A DNA stretch of 64,000 nucleotides from Planctomycetota bacterium (GCA_050248855.1 JBFWRP010000007.1:1-64000); one strand, 5' to 3'. Shown: positions 8,827 to 19,288, numbered from the stretch's first letter. Program-made: numbers and translations. The notes: generated by a model from the sequence alone, not told the origin.

Positions 8827-10110
8827 GTGCGTACCACCTCCCGCCCGCGGCTCCTCCCCGCCCTCGCGCTGCTCGTGCTCGCGGCCTGCCCGCCGTGCGC
8901 GCGCAGGGCCGGGGCCGGAGAGCCTCCGCCCGCGGCCTCGGACCCGACCGACGGGGGACCGCTCGCCCGCCTCGCCCCGTGGCTCGTGCACGAGGACTGG
9001 TCCATGCGGTCGTTGGCCGCGTTCGACCTGCGTCGGCGGACCGAGCCCGAGGTCGTCCGCTGGGCCACGAAGGGCCTGCGCGTGGCGCGGCACCCCTACG
9101 CGGACGCACTGCTCCTGGAGGCCCTGGACGGGCGGCCGCGGGAGGAGCTGGTGCGGGAGGGCGGCGCCGATCTGGCCGAGACGCTGATCGCCCGCGTCGA
9201 CGACCCCCACCCGCGCGTCCGCGAGGGAGCCCGCCGGGTGGCCGCACGCATGCCCCCCTTGCAGGTACCGCCGGAGGCGGAGCGGCTCCGCGCGTGGTGG
9301 GCGCGCGGTCGCAACGCCCTGGAGGTGGAGCACACGCGTCTCGTCGCGGAGCACGCGCGCGCCCTCGCGGAGGCGGCGGCCCGCGAGAAGCCCCCGGCGG
9401 CCGGGGCCGCCAACAGTGTCGAGACCACGACGTTCGATGACGACTTCTACGAGTACATGGCGCGCGCGCGACGCGACGGCCTCGAGCTCGTCATCGTGTT
9501 GGACCACACGGGCTCGATGGCCAGCGTGATCGGCGCGGCCAAGGCCCAGGCGCGGCGCCTCGTGGAACGTCTGCGCGGCTACGTGCCGGGCTTCCGCGCG
9601 GGTCTCGTGACCTACGACGACGCGCCGCGCCTGCGCTTGCCCCTCACGACCGACCCGGAGGCCGTGGAGAAAGCCTTCCGGCGCGTGGGCGCGGGGGGCG
9701 GCGGCGACTACGAAGAGGGCGTGGACAAGGGACTGTTCATGGCCCTGCGGCAGGAGCAGCTCGGCTGGTCGCGGCGCGCGCAGCGCGTATGCGTCGTTCT
9801 CGGCGACGCGCCGCCCCACGACGCGGACGTGGTGCGCCTGCTCCGCGTGTTGCAGGACGCGCGCATGGACCCCATGTTCGACCACCCGCTGATCGTGCAC
9901 ACCGTGTCGTCGGCCGACGCCCCCGTCCCGTACTTCGACCAGATCGCGCGCGCAGGCGGCGGTCGGGCCACCGAGCTGCGTGGCGCCGGTCGGCTGGTCG
10001 AGGAGCTGGTCGCGCTCACCTTCGGCGCGCGCGACCGCAAACACCTGGCCGCCTGGATGGAGGCCATCGACGCCCTGCGCGAGGAAGATCCCGAGCCCGC
10101 GCCGCGCTGA
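8827..10110 (+). CDS. Secreted HEAT-like repeat plus von Willebrand factor A domain protein
   Basis: Signal peptide, MIDAS DHTGSM, GGGDYEE and LGDAPPH. Start may be 8806. Confidence 0.8.
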   Translation: MRTTSRPRLLPALALLVLAACPPCARRAGAGEPPPAASDPTDGGPLARLAPWLVHEDWSMRSLAAFDLRRRTEPEVVRWATKGLRVARHPYADALLLEALDGRPREELVREGGADLAETLIARVDDPHPRVREGARRVAARMPPLQVPPEAERLRAWWARGRNALEVEHTRLVAEHARALAEAAAREKPPAAGAANSVETTTFDDDFYEYMARARRDGLELVIVLDHTGSMASVIGAAKAQARRLVERLRGYVPGFRAGLVTYDDAPRLRLPLTTDPEAVEKAFRRVGAGGGGDYEEGVDKGLFMALRQEQLGWSRRAQRVCVVLGDAPPHDADVVRLLRVLQDARMDPMFDHPLIVHTVSSADAPVPYFDQIARAGGGRATELRGAGRLVEELVALTFGARDRKHLAAWMEAIDALREEDPEPAPR

Positions 10111-10113
10111 CCG

Positions 10114-10209
10114 TACGGAGGCGGGAAGCGCTGTTGCAGCCTGCCGGAACGCGCGGCCGCCGCGCATGGCGCAGTACAGCAGGCTGCAACAACTTTTCCC
10201 GCCTCCGTA
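10114..10209. repeat. Palindromic REPIN-like element (family C)
   Basis: Arms TACGGAGGCGGGAA..CTGTTGCAGCCTG and CAGGCTGCAAC..TTCCCGCCTCCGTA. Confidence 0.8.
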
Positions 10210-10222
10210 TAGCCTTCCGTCC

Positions 10223-11848
10223 ATGCACGGCCCGAACCTGATCCAAGTCCTGCAGCAGCTCCAGGCGGAGCACGGCTGGCTGTCGGACGAGGTGCTCGCG
10301 GCCCACGCCAAGGCCACGTCGACACCGCTCTATCGCCTGCAGGAAGTGGCCAGCTTCTATCCCCACTTCCACCGCAGCCCACCGCCGCGGCGCACCGTGG
10401 CCGTGTGCCGCGATGCGGCCTGCCACCTGCGCGGCGCCCCTACCTACCGCGACGCCGTGGCCGTGGAGCTCGAGGGCGTGGACGGGGTCGAGGTCCACGA
10501 GGTCTCGTGCCTTGGTCGCTGCGAGCACGCGCCCGCGGCGTGCGTCGACGACGTGCCCTTGCTCGGCGCCAGCGCCGCGGAGGTCGGCGCCGTCGCCCGC
10601 GGCGAAGCGCCCCTGCCCCCGGACGAACCCACCGCCTCGCCGCGCCGCTGGCCCACCGACCCCTACCCGGACGCCGCCTCGCGCTACGGCGCCCTTCGAC
10701 GTCTGCTGGCCGATCGCGCGGCGGCGCGACGCGAAGTGCCCGACGTACTGAAGGAAGCCGGCCTTCGCGGCATGGGAGGAGCGGGCTTCCCCACGGGCCT
10801 CAAGTGGCGCTTCGTCCGCGACGCCCAGGGCGACGTGAAGTACGCCGTCGTCAACGCCGACGAGTCCGAGCCCGGCACGTTCAAGGACAGGGTCATCCTC
10901 GAAGAGCTCCCCCACCTGGTGCTCGAAGGCCTGCTGATCGGCTGCCTCGTGGCCGGTGCCTCGCACGCGTGGATCTACATCCGCCACGAGTACGGGCGCG
11001 AGACGATGGCCGTGCGACGCGAGATCGAGCGTGCCCGCGCCACCGGGCTGCTGGCCGAGGTCGGCGTCGACGTCGAGGTCTTCGTCTCGCCCGGTGGCTA
11101 CATCCTGGGCGAAGAGACGGCACTCATCGAAGCCCTGGAGGGCAAGCGCGGCGAGCCGCGCAACAAGCCCCCGTATCCGACCAACCACGGCGTGCACGGT
11201 CGGCCGACGCTGATGAACAACGTGGAGACGTTCTCGTTCGTACCGGCCATCCTTCAGGAGGGTCCGGCCGCCTGGAAGGCGCACGGCACGAACGGGGCCA
11301 CGGGATGGAAGTTCCTTTCCGTGGCCGGTGACGTGGCCAAGCCGGGTGTGGTCTGCGTGCCCATGGGCACGACCGTGCGCACGCTCGTGGACGAGCACTG
11401 CGGCGGCATGCGCGATGGAGTGGCCATGAAGGCGTTCTGTCCCGGCGGAGCCAGTGCGCCGTTCCTGCCCGCGGCCATGGCCGACACGCCGCTCGACTTC
11501 GAAGCCATGACCAAGGCGGGCAGCATGCTCGGCTCGGGCGCCGTGCTCGTCGTGGCCGAGGGCGTCGACATGCTCGACTTGGCCACCAACGTCGTGACGT
11601 TCTTCCGCAACGAGTCCTGCGGCAAGTGCGTGCCCTGTCGCGTCGGCAGCGAGAAGGCCGTGCGCGTGCTCGAAGACGTGCAAGCGGGCGCCGCGGGCCC
11701 CGAGGCCCTGGATCGCCTGGTCGAGCTGGACGAGACCCTGCGCCTCACGTCCATCTGCGGCCTCGGCCAGGTCGTGTTGAACCCGCTGACGAGCGTGCTC
11801 CGGCACTTCCCCGACGAGGTGCGCGAAGCGGCCACCCCGCGTGGCTGA
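10223..11848 (+). CDS. NuoE-NuoF fused NADH-binding flavoprotein (diaphorase module, FdsG/B-like)
   Basis: [2Fe-2S] motifs CRDAAC...CLGRC, then GMGGAGFPTG, NADESEPGTFKDR, GEETALIEALEG and [4Fe-4S] SCGKCVPCR...SICGLG. Confidence 0.9.
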   Translation: MHGPNLIQVLQQLQAEHGWLSDEVLAAHAKATSTPLYRLQEVASFYPHFHRSPPPRRTVAVCRDAACHLRGAPTYRDAVAVELEGVDGVEVHEVSCLGRCEHAPAACVDDVPLLGASAAEVGAVARGEAPLPPDEPTASPRRWPTDPYPDAASRYGALRRLLADRAAARREVPDVLKEAGLRGMGGAGFPTGLKWRFVRDAQGDVKYAVVNADESEPGTFKDRVILEELPHLVLEGLLIGCLVAGASHAWIYIRHEYGRETMAVRREIERARATGLLAEVGVDVEVFVSPGGYILGEETALIEALEGKRGEPRNKPPYPTNHGVHGRPTLMNNVETFSFVPAILQEGPAAWKAHGTNGATGWKFLSVAGDVAKPGVVCVPMGTTVRTLVDEHCGGMRDGVAMKAFCPGGASAPFLPAAMADTPLDFEAMTKAGSMLGSGAVLVVAEGVDMLDLATNVVTFFRNESCGKCVPCRVGSEKAVRVLEDVQAGAAGPEALDRLVELDETLRLTSICGLGQVVLNPLTSVLRHFPDEVREAATPRG

Positions 11849-13076
11849 GCGGCGTCCGTTCCTGGACGTCCGCATGCGCGGCTTCCGCGAGCGCGCCGAC
11901 GTGGCCGAGGTCCAGGCCTGGGTCGACGCGCAGCCCGTGGCGCGCTGCGTCGACGTCGTCGCGCTGGGCGCGGCCGCCGGACGTCGCCTGGCGGCGCCCC
12001 TGGTCGCCGACCGCCCCGTGCCGGGCTTCGAGCGCGCCGCCATGGACGGCTGGGCGCTCCGCGGTGCGTCGACCTTCGGCGCTTCGCCGGGTGACCCGCT
12101 CGCGCTCGACGTGATCGGCGTGGCCCGGCCCGGGCATCCGTTCGAAGGGCATGTCGGCGCGGGCCAGGCCGTGCGCATCATGACCGGCGCGCCGATGCCC
12201 GACGGCGCCGACGCCGTGCTCCGTGCCGAGGATGGCGAGGAGCGCGACCAGCGCCTCCAAGCGCACGCGGCCACGGCGCCGCGCCGCCACGTCGGGAGCG
12301 TGGGCGAGGACATCCAGCCGGGCGACGTCGTCGTTGCCGACGACCGCCCCCTGCGTCCGCAGGACCTGGGCGTCGCGGCCTCGCTTGGCCACGACGCGCT
12401 GGCCGTGCTGCGTCGGCCGCGGGTTGCGCTGTGCGTCACGGGCGACGAGGTGCTGCCCGTGGGCCGCATGCCGGACGGCCCCTACGTCGTGGATGCCAAC
12501 GGACCCATGCTGGCCGCGCTCGTGGCTCGCGACGGGGGCGAGCTCGTCGATCACGCCTACGTGCCGGACGATCCCGAGCAGCTGGCGGCGGCGCTCGAGG
12601 TGGACGCGGATCTCCTCCTCGTGACCGGGGGATCGAGCGTAGGCACGGAGGACCACGCGCCGCGCCTGCTCGCGGAGCGGGGCGACCTCGTGTTCCACGG
12701 CATGGCCATGCGGCCGGCCGCCCCGACCGGCGTGGGGACGCTGGGGGCCAAGCTCGTGGCACTGCTTCCCGGCAACCCCGTGTCATGCCTCGCGGCCTAC
12801 GACCTGCTGCTCGCGCGTTGGCTGCGACGAGCCGCGGCGCTCCCGGGGCCCTGGTCGTACGCCTCGTGCGAGGGCGTGTTGCGCACGCGGATTGCCAGTG
12901 CGCTCGGGCGTCTGGACTACGTACGTGTGGGCGTGGAGGGCGACGAGGTGGAGCCGCTGGCCACGCGCGGGGCGTCGCTGCTCTCCACCACGACGCGCGC
13001 CGACGGGTTCGTGCTCGTGCCGGCTGCCTCCGAAGGCCACGCCGCCGGCACCCCCGTCACCGTCTGGCGCTACTAG
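11841..13076 (+). CDS. moeA: Molybdopterin molybdotransferase
   Basis: RAAMDGWA, IMTGAPMPDGADAV, TGDE, TGGSSVG..D and LPGNPVS motifs. Confidence 0.92.
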   Translation: MAERRPFLDVRMRGFRERADVAEVQAWVDAQPVARCVDVVALGAAAGRRLAAPLVADRPVPGFERAAMDGWALRGASTFGASPGDPLALDVIGVARPGHPFEGHVGAGQAVRIMTGAPMPDGADAVLRAEDGEERDQRLQAHAATAPRRHVGSVGEDIQPGDVVVADDRPLRPQDLGVAASLGHDALAVLRRPRVALCVTGDEVLPVGRMPDGPYVVDANGPMLAALVARDGGELVDHAYVPDDPEQLAAALEVDADLLLVTGGSSVGTEDHAPRLLAERGDLVFHGMAMRPAAPTGVGTLGAKLVALLPGNPVSCLAAYDLLLARWLRRAAALPGPWSYASCEGVLRTRIASALGRLDYVRVGVEGDEVEPLATRGASLLSTTTRADGFVLVPAASEGHAAGTPVTVWRY

Positions 13077-13083
13077 CGACGGA

Positions 13084-13180
13084 TACGGTGCCAGAGCAAT
13101 TCCTATCACCCACCCCGGCCACGGACTGTGGCCCCATCTGACCCGTGACGGTGGGTGATAGGAATTGCTCTGGCACCGTA
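13084..13180. repeat. Inverted-repeat REPIN/MITE-like element (family B)
   Basis: 31-bp perfect arms TACGGTGCCAGAGCAATTCCTATCACCCACC (13084-13114 and 13150-13180) between convergent genes. Confidence 0.85.
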
Positions 13181-13207
13181 CGCGCGTCGTCGCCGTCCGT
13201 ACGTGCG

Positions 13208-14497
13208 TCAGGGCGCCCGCCGCACGGCCACCAGGGTGAGGTCGTCGCCCATCTCGTCCTGACCGGTGTGGGCGAGCAACGCGGCGACGACCGCGTCCAG
13301 ATATGCGCGCGGGGCGTCCGCGCCGTGCTGCACGACCACGTCGCGCAAGCGCAGCTCGCCGAACAGGTCGTTCTCGTCCTCCGAGGACCGGGCCTCGGTC
13401 GCGCCATCGGTGTAGAGGAGGATCGAGTCGCCGGGCCCCAAGTCGAACGGTTCGCCCTCGGGAAAGCCGGGCCCCGGGAAGATGCCCAACACGCGGCCGG
13501 CGGCGTCGAGCGTCTCGATCGTTCCGTCGGCACGCCGCACGAGCGGCGGCAGGTGGCCCGCGTTGGCCCACACCACGCGGCCGCTTCGCGGATCGACGAG
13601 CGCGATGAAGAACGTCAGGAAGCGCCCCCCCGTCAGGTCCCGGGCGAGGAAGTCGTTGAGCGCGGTGAGCGTGTCCTCGAGCGTGTCGGACGTGCGGCTG
13701 TAGGCGCGCAGGAAGGCGCGCGCCTGCGCCATCACGAGGGCGCAGTGCAGCCCGTGGCCGGACACGTCGCCGATCACGACGGCGATGCGGCCGCTCGGCA
13801 GCTCGAACACGTCGTAGTAGTCGCCGCTGGCGTCCTCGCAGAGCACGTTGAGCCCGGCGACCTCGATCAGCCCCAGCGTCGTGTCCAGGCGCTCGGGCTG
13901 GATGCCGCGCTGGACGTTCTGCGCGAGCGCGATCTCCTTGTCCTGCCGCTCCTTCTCCAGGCTGGCCAGGTGCAGACGGGCGTTCTCGACGGCGAGGGCC
14001 ACGGGCACGGAGAGGGCTTCCAGGAAGTCCTCGTCTACTTGGCCGAACGGCTGGTCCGACAGCTTGTTGAGGAGCTGGAACACGCCCACGACGGCGCCCT
14101 CGCGGCTCCGGATGGGCGCGCAGAGGATCTGCTTGGTGCGGAACCCGCTCTTCTTGTCCCAGCTGCGATCGAAGCGCGGGTCGTCATACGCATCCGCGAT
14201 GCGGATGGTCTCGCCCGTGGCGCCCACGGCGCCGGCGATGCCCTTGCCGACGGGCAGGCGGATCTCCAGGGCGTTGTCCCCGGCAAGCACGCGCGACCAC
14301 AGCTCCTTGCCGTCCTTCGTCAGGAGGAACACCGTGCCGCGGTCGGCGCGGACGCCCTCCCGTGCGCAGGTCAGGATGATCTGCAAGAGCTCGCCGAGAT
14401 CGAGGCTGGTGTGCAGCGCGTAGGCCGCCTCGGCGAGACGGCGCTGGCGGCCCAGCTCGCGCTCGAGACGCGTGATCTCGTCCTGCAGCGACGTCAC
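13208..14497 (-). CDS. GAF domain plus SpoIIE/RsbU-type PP2C phosphatase
   Basis: GAF motifs DAYDDPRF and QLLNK. PP2C motifs SGDYYD, GDVSGHG, NAGH, LYTDG and DDLT. Confidence 0.92.
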   Translation of the reverse strand: MTSLQDEITRLERELGRQRRLAEAAYALHTSLDLGELLQIILTCAREGVRADRGTVFLLTKDGKELWSRVLAGDNALEIRLPVGKGIAGAVGATGETIRIADAYDDPRFDRSWDKKSGFRTKQILCAPIRSREGAVVGVFQLLNKLSDQPFGQVDEDFLEALSVPVALAVENARLHLASLEKERQDKEIALAQNVQRGIQPERLDTTLGLIEVAGLNVLCEDASGDYYDVFELPSGRIAVVIGDVSGHGLHCALVMAQARAFLRAYSRTSDTLEDTLTALNDFLARDLTGGRFLTFFIALVDPRSGRVVWANAGHLPPLVRRADGTIETLDAAGRVLGIFPGPGFPEGEPFDLGPGDSILLYTDGATEARSSEDENDLFGELRLRDVVVQHGADAPRAYLDAVVAALLAHTGQDEMGDDLTLVAVRRAP

Positions 14498-14865
14498 GCC
14501 ACGTCTCCTTCGTGGTCCACGCGGATCTCGCTGCGGATGCCGCCGCGGCCGCGGAAGCGACCGGTCAGCGCCAGCTGCCGCGGCGCGAGAACGGCCACGA
14601 GATCATCGGCGATGCGGTTGACGAGGGCCTCGTAGAACACGCCCTCGTTGCGGTAGGCCTGCAGGTAGACCTTGAACGACTTCAGCTCGACGCAAACGGC
14701 ATCGGGCACGTAGGCCAGCTCGATCGCCGCGAAGTCCGGGTGGCCCGTGATCGGGCAGAGCGAGGTGAACTCCTCCGCCACGTGAACGATCTCGTAGTCC
14801 CGCTCGGGCGCCGGGTTGGGGAAGACCTCCAGCAAGGCACGGTCCGGGCGGGGCGGGACGCTCAT
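14494..14865 (-). CDS. queF: NADPH-dependent 7-cyano-7-deazaguanine reductase (unimodular)
   Basis: LEVFPNP, EFTSLCPITGHPDFA, VELKSFKVYL and RGGI motifs. Confidence 0.92.
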   Translation of the reverse strand: MSVPPRPDRALLEVFPNPAPERDYEIVHVAEEFTSLCPITGHPDFAAIELAYVPDAVCVELKSFKVYLQAYRNEGVFYEALVNRIADDLVAVLAPRQLALTGRFRGRGGIRSEIRVDHEGDVA

Positions 14866-15287
14866 GCTACGGCCCCGACCTCGTCGGCCGTCCCGAGGCG
14901 ATCCTCGAACGTCATCGGGCCCGCGAGCAGGCGATGGATGGGGCAGCGGCCCGCGATCTGCTCCAGGCGCTCGCGCTGCTCCGCATCGAGCTCGGCCGCG
15001 ATGTGCACGATCTGCTCGACGTGCGCCGGTTGATCGCCGCCGGGCACGTCCATCGACACGCGCACCTGCACGGGGCCGATGTCCCAGCCCTTGCGAGCCG
15101 CGTAGAGATGCAGCGTGATGATCGTGCAGGCGCCGAGCGCCGCGATGAGCGTCTCGTCGGGGTTGGGGTGCTCGCCCGGGCCACCGAGTGCCGCCGAGAG
15201 GTCCACGGTCGTCCTGCGGTCGCCGGCCTCGACGGCGATGCTGCGACCGTCCACGCTGCTGGCCAGGACTTCGTAGCGCGACGACAT
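14862..15287 (-). CDS. OsmC/Ohr family protein
   Basis: GG..P.P...AALGACT...LYAARKGW and RCPIHRLL. Confidence 0.88.
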   Translation of the reverse strand: MSSRYEVLASSVDGRSIAVEAGDRRTTVDLSAALGGPGEHPNPDETLIAALGACTIITLHLYAARKGWDIGPVQVRVSMDVPGGDQPAHVEQIVHIAAELDAEQRERLEQIAGRCPIHRLLAGPMTFEDRLGTADEVGAVA

Positions 15288-15323
15288 GCGGGGCTCCTTG
15301 GGGACGGGGGAGCCGGTGTTCTA

Positions 15324-17783
15324 TCAACCGTCCCGCGCGTCCCCCTCTTGGGGCGCGGCGCCGTCAGGCGCGCCGAACCGCTCGGGGTGACGGGCCGGGC
15401 CCTCCGCCTCGGCGACGCGGAGCGCCAGGGCGAGATCCAGGGTGATCGGCAGCAGGCATGTCCCCCGGTCGTCGCAGGGCTGGACGACGACCTCGAGGGG
15501 GAGACGCCGGGGGCCGGCGGCCACGTCGGCAGCCAGGAGCAGGTCGATGGCGAGCTGGAGCGTGCCCTGCCAGCCCGGGGCCTCGCCGTCGTAGGGCTCT
15601 CCGGCGATCACCCGCGGCTCCCCGAGCGCGAGGCCGACCAGGGGCCGGCCCAGGCGCACGCGCGTGGCCGCGGCGCCTCGCGCTTCGTCCAGCGGGCCGA
15701 CGTGCCAGCCCGCGTCGAGCTCGATCTCGACGGCGATGCGCACGCGACTCTCGCGCACGGCTTGCACGCGTTCGATCCAGGCGCGCACGCGGACGACGTC
15801 GCCAGCGGCCTCGGCATCGGGAGCGGCCGGGGCGCGCGTGGCAAGCTCGCCTTCGTGCGCCTCCGCGAGCGCCCGGTAGAGCGCAACCAGCCCCGGGGCC
15901 ATGGCGGCGTTGGCCAGCAGCGGGCGCCACGCCCGCAGGGTGCGGGCGGCGGTCTCGCGCCACGCGGCGTCGTTCGTGTGCGAGGCCAGCCGCACGAGCA
16001 GGCGCGCGGCCGTGCCGTTGTCGGACGGAATCGGGCTGTCCCACGCTTCCTTCGTGCGCGCCAGCAGCGACTCGTGTACGGCCGAGGAGGTCGTCCAGAA
16101 ACCGCCGCGTACGGGGTCCTCGAACCCGTCGACCAAGCGGCGCGCGAGATCGAGGGCCGCCTCGAGCCAGCGCGCCTCGCCCGTGGCGTCATGCAGGTCG
16201 AGCAACCCCTCGGCGAGGTGCACGTGGTCATCGGCGAAGGCCGGGATCTCGGGGCCGCTGTCGCGGGGGAAGCGCAAGAGCGTGCCGTCGTCGCGGCGCG
16301 CCCGCTCCAGCAGGAACGTCGCGAGACCGCGGGCCCGCTCGAGCAGCCTCGGCTCCCCGAGGTCGCCCGCCGCGCGGGCGAACGCCGAGAGCACGAGGCC
16401 GTTCCAGGCCGTGATGACCTTGTCGTCAAGGCCCGGCTGGGGGCGCCGGGCGCGCACGGGCGCGAGCACGTCCAGCGCGCGGTCGAAACGGGCCAGGACC
16501 TCGTCCTCGGCCAAGCCGCGGCGCTTGGCCACCTCGGCCACGGGACGGGCGACGTACAGCACGTTGCGCCCGGTGGGACGTCGCGTGACTTCGTCCAGCA
16601 CGTTGCCTTCGACCGTGATGGCCGCCAGGTCGAACACGACGGCTGCCAGGTCCGGCGGCAGGTGGTCGCGAAGCTCCTCGGCGGGCCACGTGATGGTGAG
16701 GCCCTCTTCCCCGTGCGTGTCGGCATCGAGGCTGGAGGCGTAGCCACCGCCCGGTCGGGCGAGCGTCGCCTCGATCCAGCCGAAGGTGCGCCGGGCCGCG
16801 CGGGCGAAGCGCGGTGCTTCGAAGCGCCTGGCCGCCGCCGCGTAGGCGCGCGCCAACAGCGCGTTGTCGTAGAGCATCTTCTCGAAGTGCGGAAGCACCC
16901 AGGCGCGGTCCGTGCTGTAGCGGTGGAAACCACCGACCACGTGATCGTGGATGCCGCCGCGCTCCATCGCCTCGAGGGTGCGCCGCGCGTGCTCGAGCGC
17001 GACCGCCGGGGCCTGCTCGTCCTCCAGCACCCAGAGCAGCTCGGCGTGAGGCGGGAACTTGGGTCGCCAGCCGCCCTGCGGGTCGCCGAAGCCGGCATGT
17101 ACCGGATCGAAGCGGGCGCCGATCGCCTGCCGGGCCAGGGCCAGGAGCGCCTCGTCGGTCGCGTCCGTCGGTGGCAGCGTCGGACCGGCGCTCATGGCCT
17201 TCACCCGTTCGGCGAGGTGGTCGGCCTGGCGCTCGAGCACCGCACGATCATCCTTCCAGAGGCGGGCGATCTCCTTCGTCAGCTCACGGAGGTTGGCGGC
17301 TGGCAGGTACGTGGCCCCGAGGAACGGGCGCCCGTCGGGCATGAGCAGCACCGTCATCGGCCATCCGCCGCGGCCGAACAGCTGCACCGCCTGCATGTAG
17401 AGGGCGTCCACGTCGGGTCGCTCTTCGCGATCGACCTTGACGCAGACGAACGTGGCGTTCAGGAGCTCGGCCGTGGCGCGGTCCTCGAAGGACTCGTGCT
17501 CCATCACGTGGCACCAGTGGCAGGCCGCGTAGCCGACGGAGAGGAACACCGGCCGGTCCAGGTCGCGTGCGCGGGCGAAGGCCTCGTCGGCCCACGGGTA
17601 CCAGTCCACCGGGTTGGTACGGTGCTGGCGCAGGTACGGACTGCGCTCCTTCGCGAGGCGGTTCTCGACCACGGGAGGCCCTCCGTCCGGAGGCCCGCCC
17701 TCCTCGCCGCGCACGTCGCGCGGTCCACCCACGAGGGCGGCGAGCGCAAGAACGACCGCCAACCGTCGTGAGGCGCGAGCCAT
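15324..17783 (-). CDS. YyaL/SSP411-type thioredoxin-domain protein (DUF255) with signal peptide and C-terminal DsbD-N-like domain
   Basis: [42 protein letters not shown] and [12 protein letters not shown]-terminal GWHV...[12 protein letters not shown]. Confidence 0.88.
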   Translation of the reverse strand: MARASRRLAVVLALAALVGGPRDVRGEEGGPPDGGPPVVENRLAKERSPYLRQHRTNPVDWYPWADEAFARARDLDRPVFLSVGYAACHWCHVMEHESFEDRATAELLNATFVCVKVDREERPDVDALYMQAVQLFGRGGWPMTVLLMPDGRPFLGATYLPAANLRELTKEIARLWKDDRAVLERQADHLAERVKAMSAGPTLPPTDATDEALLALARQAIGARFDPVHAGFGDPQGGWRPKFPPHAELLWVLEDEQAPAVALEHARRTLEAMERGGIHDHVVGGFHRYSTDRAWVLPHFEKMLYDNALLARAYAAAARRFEAPRFARAARRTFGWIEATLARPGGGYASSLDADTHGEEGLTITWPAEELRDHLPPDLAAVVFDLAAITVEGNVLDEVTRRPTGRNVLYVARPVAEVAKRRGLAEDEVLARFDRALDVLAPVRARRPQPGLDDKVITAWNGLVLSAFARAAGDLGEPRLLERARGLATFLLERARRDDGTLLRFPRDSGPEIPAFADDHVHLAEGLLDLHDATGEARWLEAALDLARRLVDGFEDPVRGGFWTTSSAVHESLLARTKEAWDSPIPSDNGTAARLLVRLASHTNDAAWRETAARTLRAWRPLLANAAMAPGLVALYRALAEAHEGELATRAPAAPDAEAAGDVVRVRAWIERVQAVRESRVRIAVEIELDAGWHVGPLDEARGAAATRVRLGRPLVGLALGEPRVIAGEPYDGEAPGWQGTLQLAIDLLLAADVAAGPRRLPLEVVVQPCDDRGTCLLPITLDLALALRVAEAEGPARHPERFGAPDGAAPQEGDARDG

Positions 17784-17953
17784 CCGCCCACCCTACGTGG
17801 ACGTGTGGGCGTGCACCTCCCGGGGTGGGATGGGACCGCTCCCCGGATGCGCGGTCCCTGCCGCGGCGGGGCATCGCCGTCCGGAACGTCCCGAACGTGG
17901 TGAGCGGGGACGACGCGGCGCCGACGCCGGAGGGAGTGACGCGTCGTCGCGTG

Positions 17954-19288
17954 TCAGTCGTCGAACGTCGGAATCGGCGGCAGCTCGGTCGGCGGCACGA
18001 CCGGAGGCTTCTCCTCGGGCGGGGTCACCACGGGCGGTTGCACGACCGGCGGCTGCACCACGGGGGGACCAGCCTGCGGGGCCGGCCTGGGCGCCGGCGC
18101 CGGGGCGGGGAACTCGCCCGGCGCCGGGGGAGCGGGCACGGTCCGCGACGGCGCGGGTTCGCCGTACACGGAGGGCGGCGGTTGCGTCTGCCGCGCGTGC
18201 GGGTCCACGACCATCTCGCCCGAGGGCGGGATGAGGTCGTTGCTGGAGAGGCCGCCGTCGGGCGTGGGTCCGGGGATCGATGGCTGCACGGGCTGCGGCT
18301 GCTCGATGCCCGGAGCCGGGGTCGGCGCCACGCCTGCGCCCTCGAAGCCCCAGGCGCGTTCGAGGTCGCCAGCGGGCCGGGTCAAGACGGGCGCCCCGCT
18401 GCCGACGGGTGGTGTCGCACTGCCCTCGGGCGCCAAGGTCATGGCGCCCGGTACCTCGCACACGTCGTTGCGCCGCCACTCCCAACGGGCCGGCGAGACC
18501 AGCACCTCGCGCATGCGCGTCTCGTACAGGGCCGGGTCCTGCTCCTCGCGCCAGCGCCCCGGCTGCACCTCGACGGTCTTGCGGCGCATCTCGTAGCGCG
18601 CGGGAACGACTTCCTCGCGCCAGCCCGCGGGCTGCGTGCAGACGCGCTCGAGGCGCATCTCGTAGATGGGCGGCAGCTCGGCCAGGGTCCAGCACCCTCC
18701 GATCGACTCGGCCGGCTTGAGCTCGGCGCCCTGGCACTCGACCTTCTGCCACTCCAAGCGGCCGGGCTGCACCTGCACCTCACGCTGTTGGTCGGCGAAC
18801 TGCGCGGGCACCTGGATGCGGATGCGGCGCTCCGGCTCGACCATCACCTGCTCTTCCACGACCTGCGTCACGGGCGGAACCCAGATGCGTCGTGTCTCGG
18901 CCTGGCGGATGCACACCCGCTCGGTCTGCGTCTCGTAGACCGGAGGCACGTGCACATAGCACCAGACCTGGCCCGGCGCCGCGTTGGGCGGCCGGCCCGG
19001 CGCCACGCCGAGGTCGGGAGACGTCGCGGCGGGGGCGATCGCGCCGGGACCCGGCACGACCTCCGGGGAAACGACCGTGCCCGGGCCGGCGACGTACTCC
19101 GGCGCGCCGGGGACGACCGGGGCCTCGGCGTAGGCAGGCGCCGGCGCCTCCGCGGGGCCGGAGTCACCTGCCCCGAAGAGCGGCGGGGGCGACGGCAGGG
19201 GCAGGCCTTGGCAGGCACCGAGCAGCAGGCTCGTCCCCACGAGGGTCGCGCACAGGGCGACCACGGACGTGCGGATGGACTCGGACAT
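17954..19288 (-). CDS. Pro-rich lipoprotein with ~23-aa P-x-Y-E repeats
   Basis: Lipobox LGAC, GGAGG SD, and repeats such as PPVYETQTERV, PPIYEMRLERV, PARYEMRRKTV and PALYETRMREV. Confidence 0.75.
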   Translation of the reverse strand: MSESIRTSVVALCATLVGTSLLLGACQGLPLPSPPPLFGAGDSGPAEAPAPAYAEAPVVPGAPEYVAGPGTVVSPEVVPGPGAIAPAATSPDLGVAPGRPPNAAPGQVWCYVHVPPVYETQTERVCIRQAETRRIWVPPVTQVVEEQVMVEPERRIRIQVPAQFADQQREVQVQPGRLEWQKVECQGAELKPAESIGGCWTLAELPPIYEMRLERVCTQPAGWREEVVPARYEMRRKTVEVQPGRWREEQDPALYETRMREVLVSPARWEWRRNDVCEVPGAMTLAPEGSATPPVGSGAPVLTRPAGDLERAWGFEGAGVAPTPAPGIEQPQPVQPSIPGPTPDGGLSSNDLIPPSGEMVVDPHARQTQPPPSVYGEPAPSRTVPAPPAPGEFPAPAPAPRPAPQAGPPVVQPPVVQPPVVTPPEEKPPVVPPTELPPIPTFDD

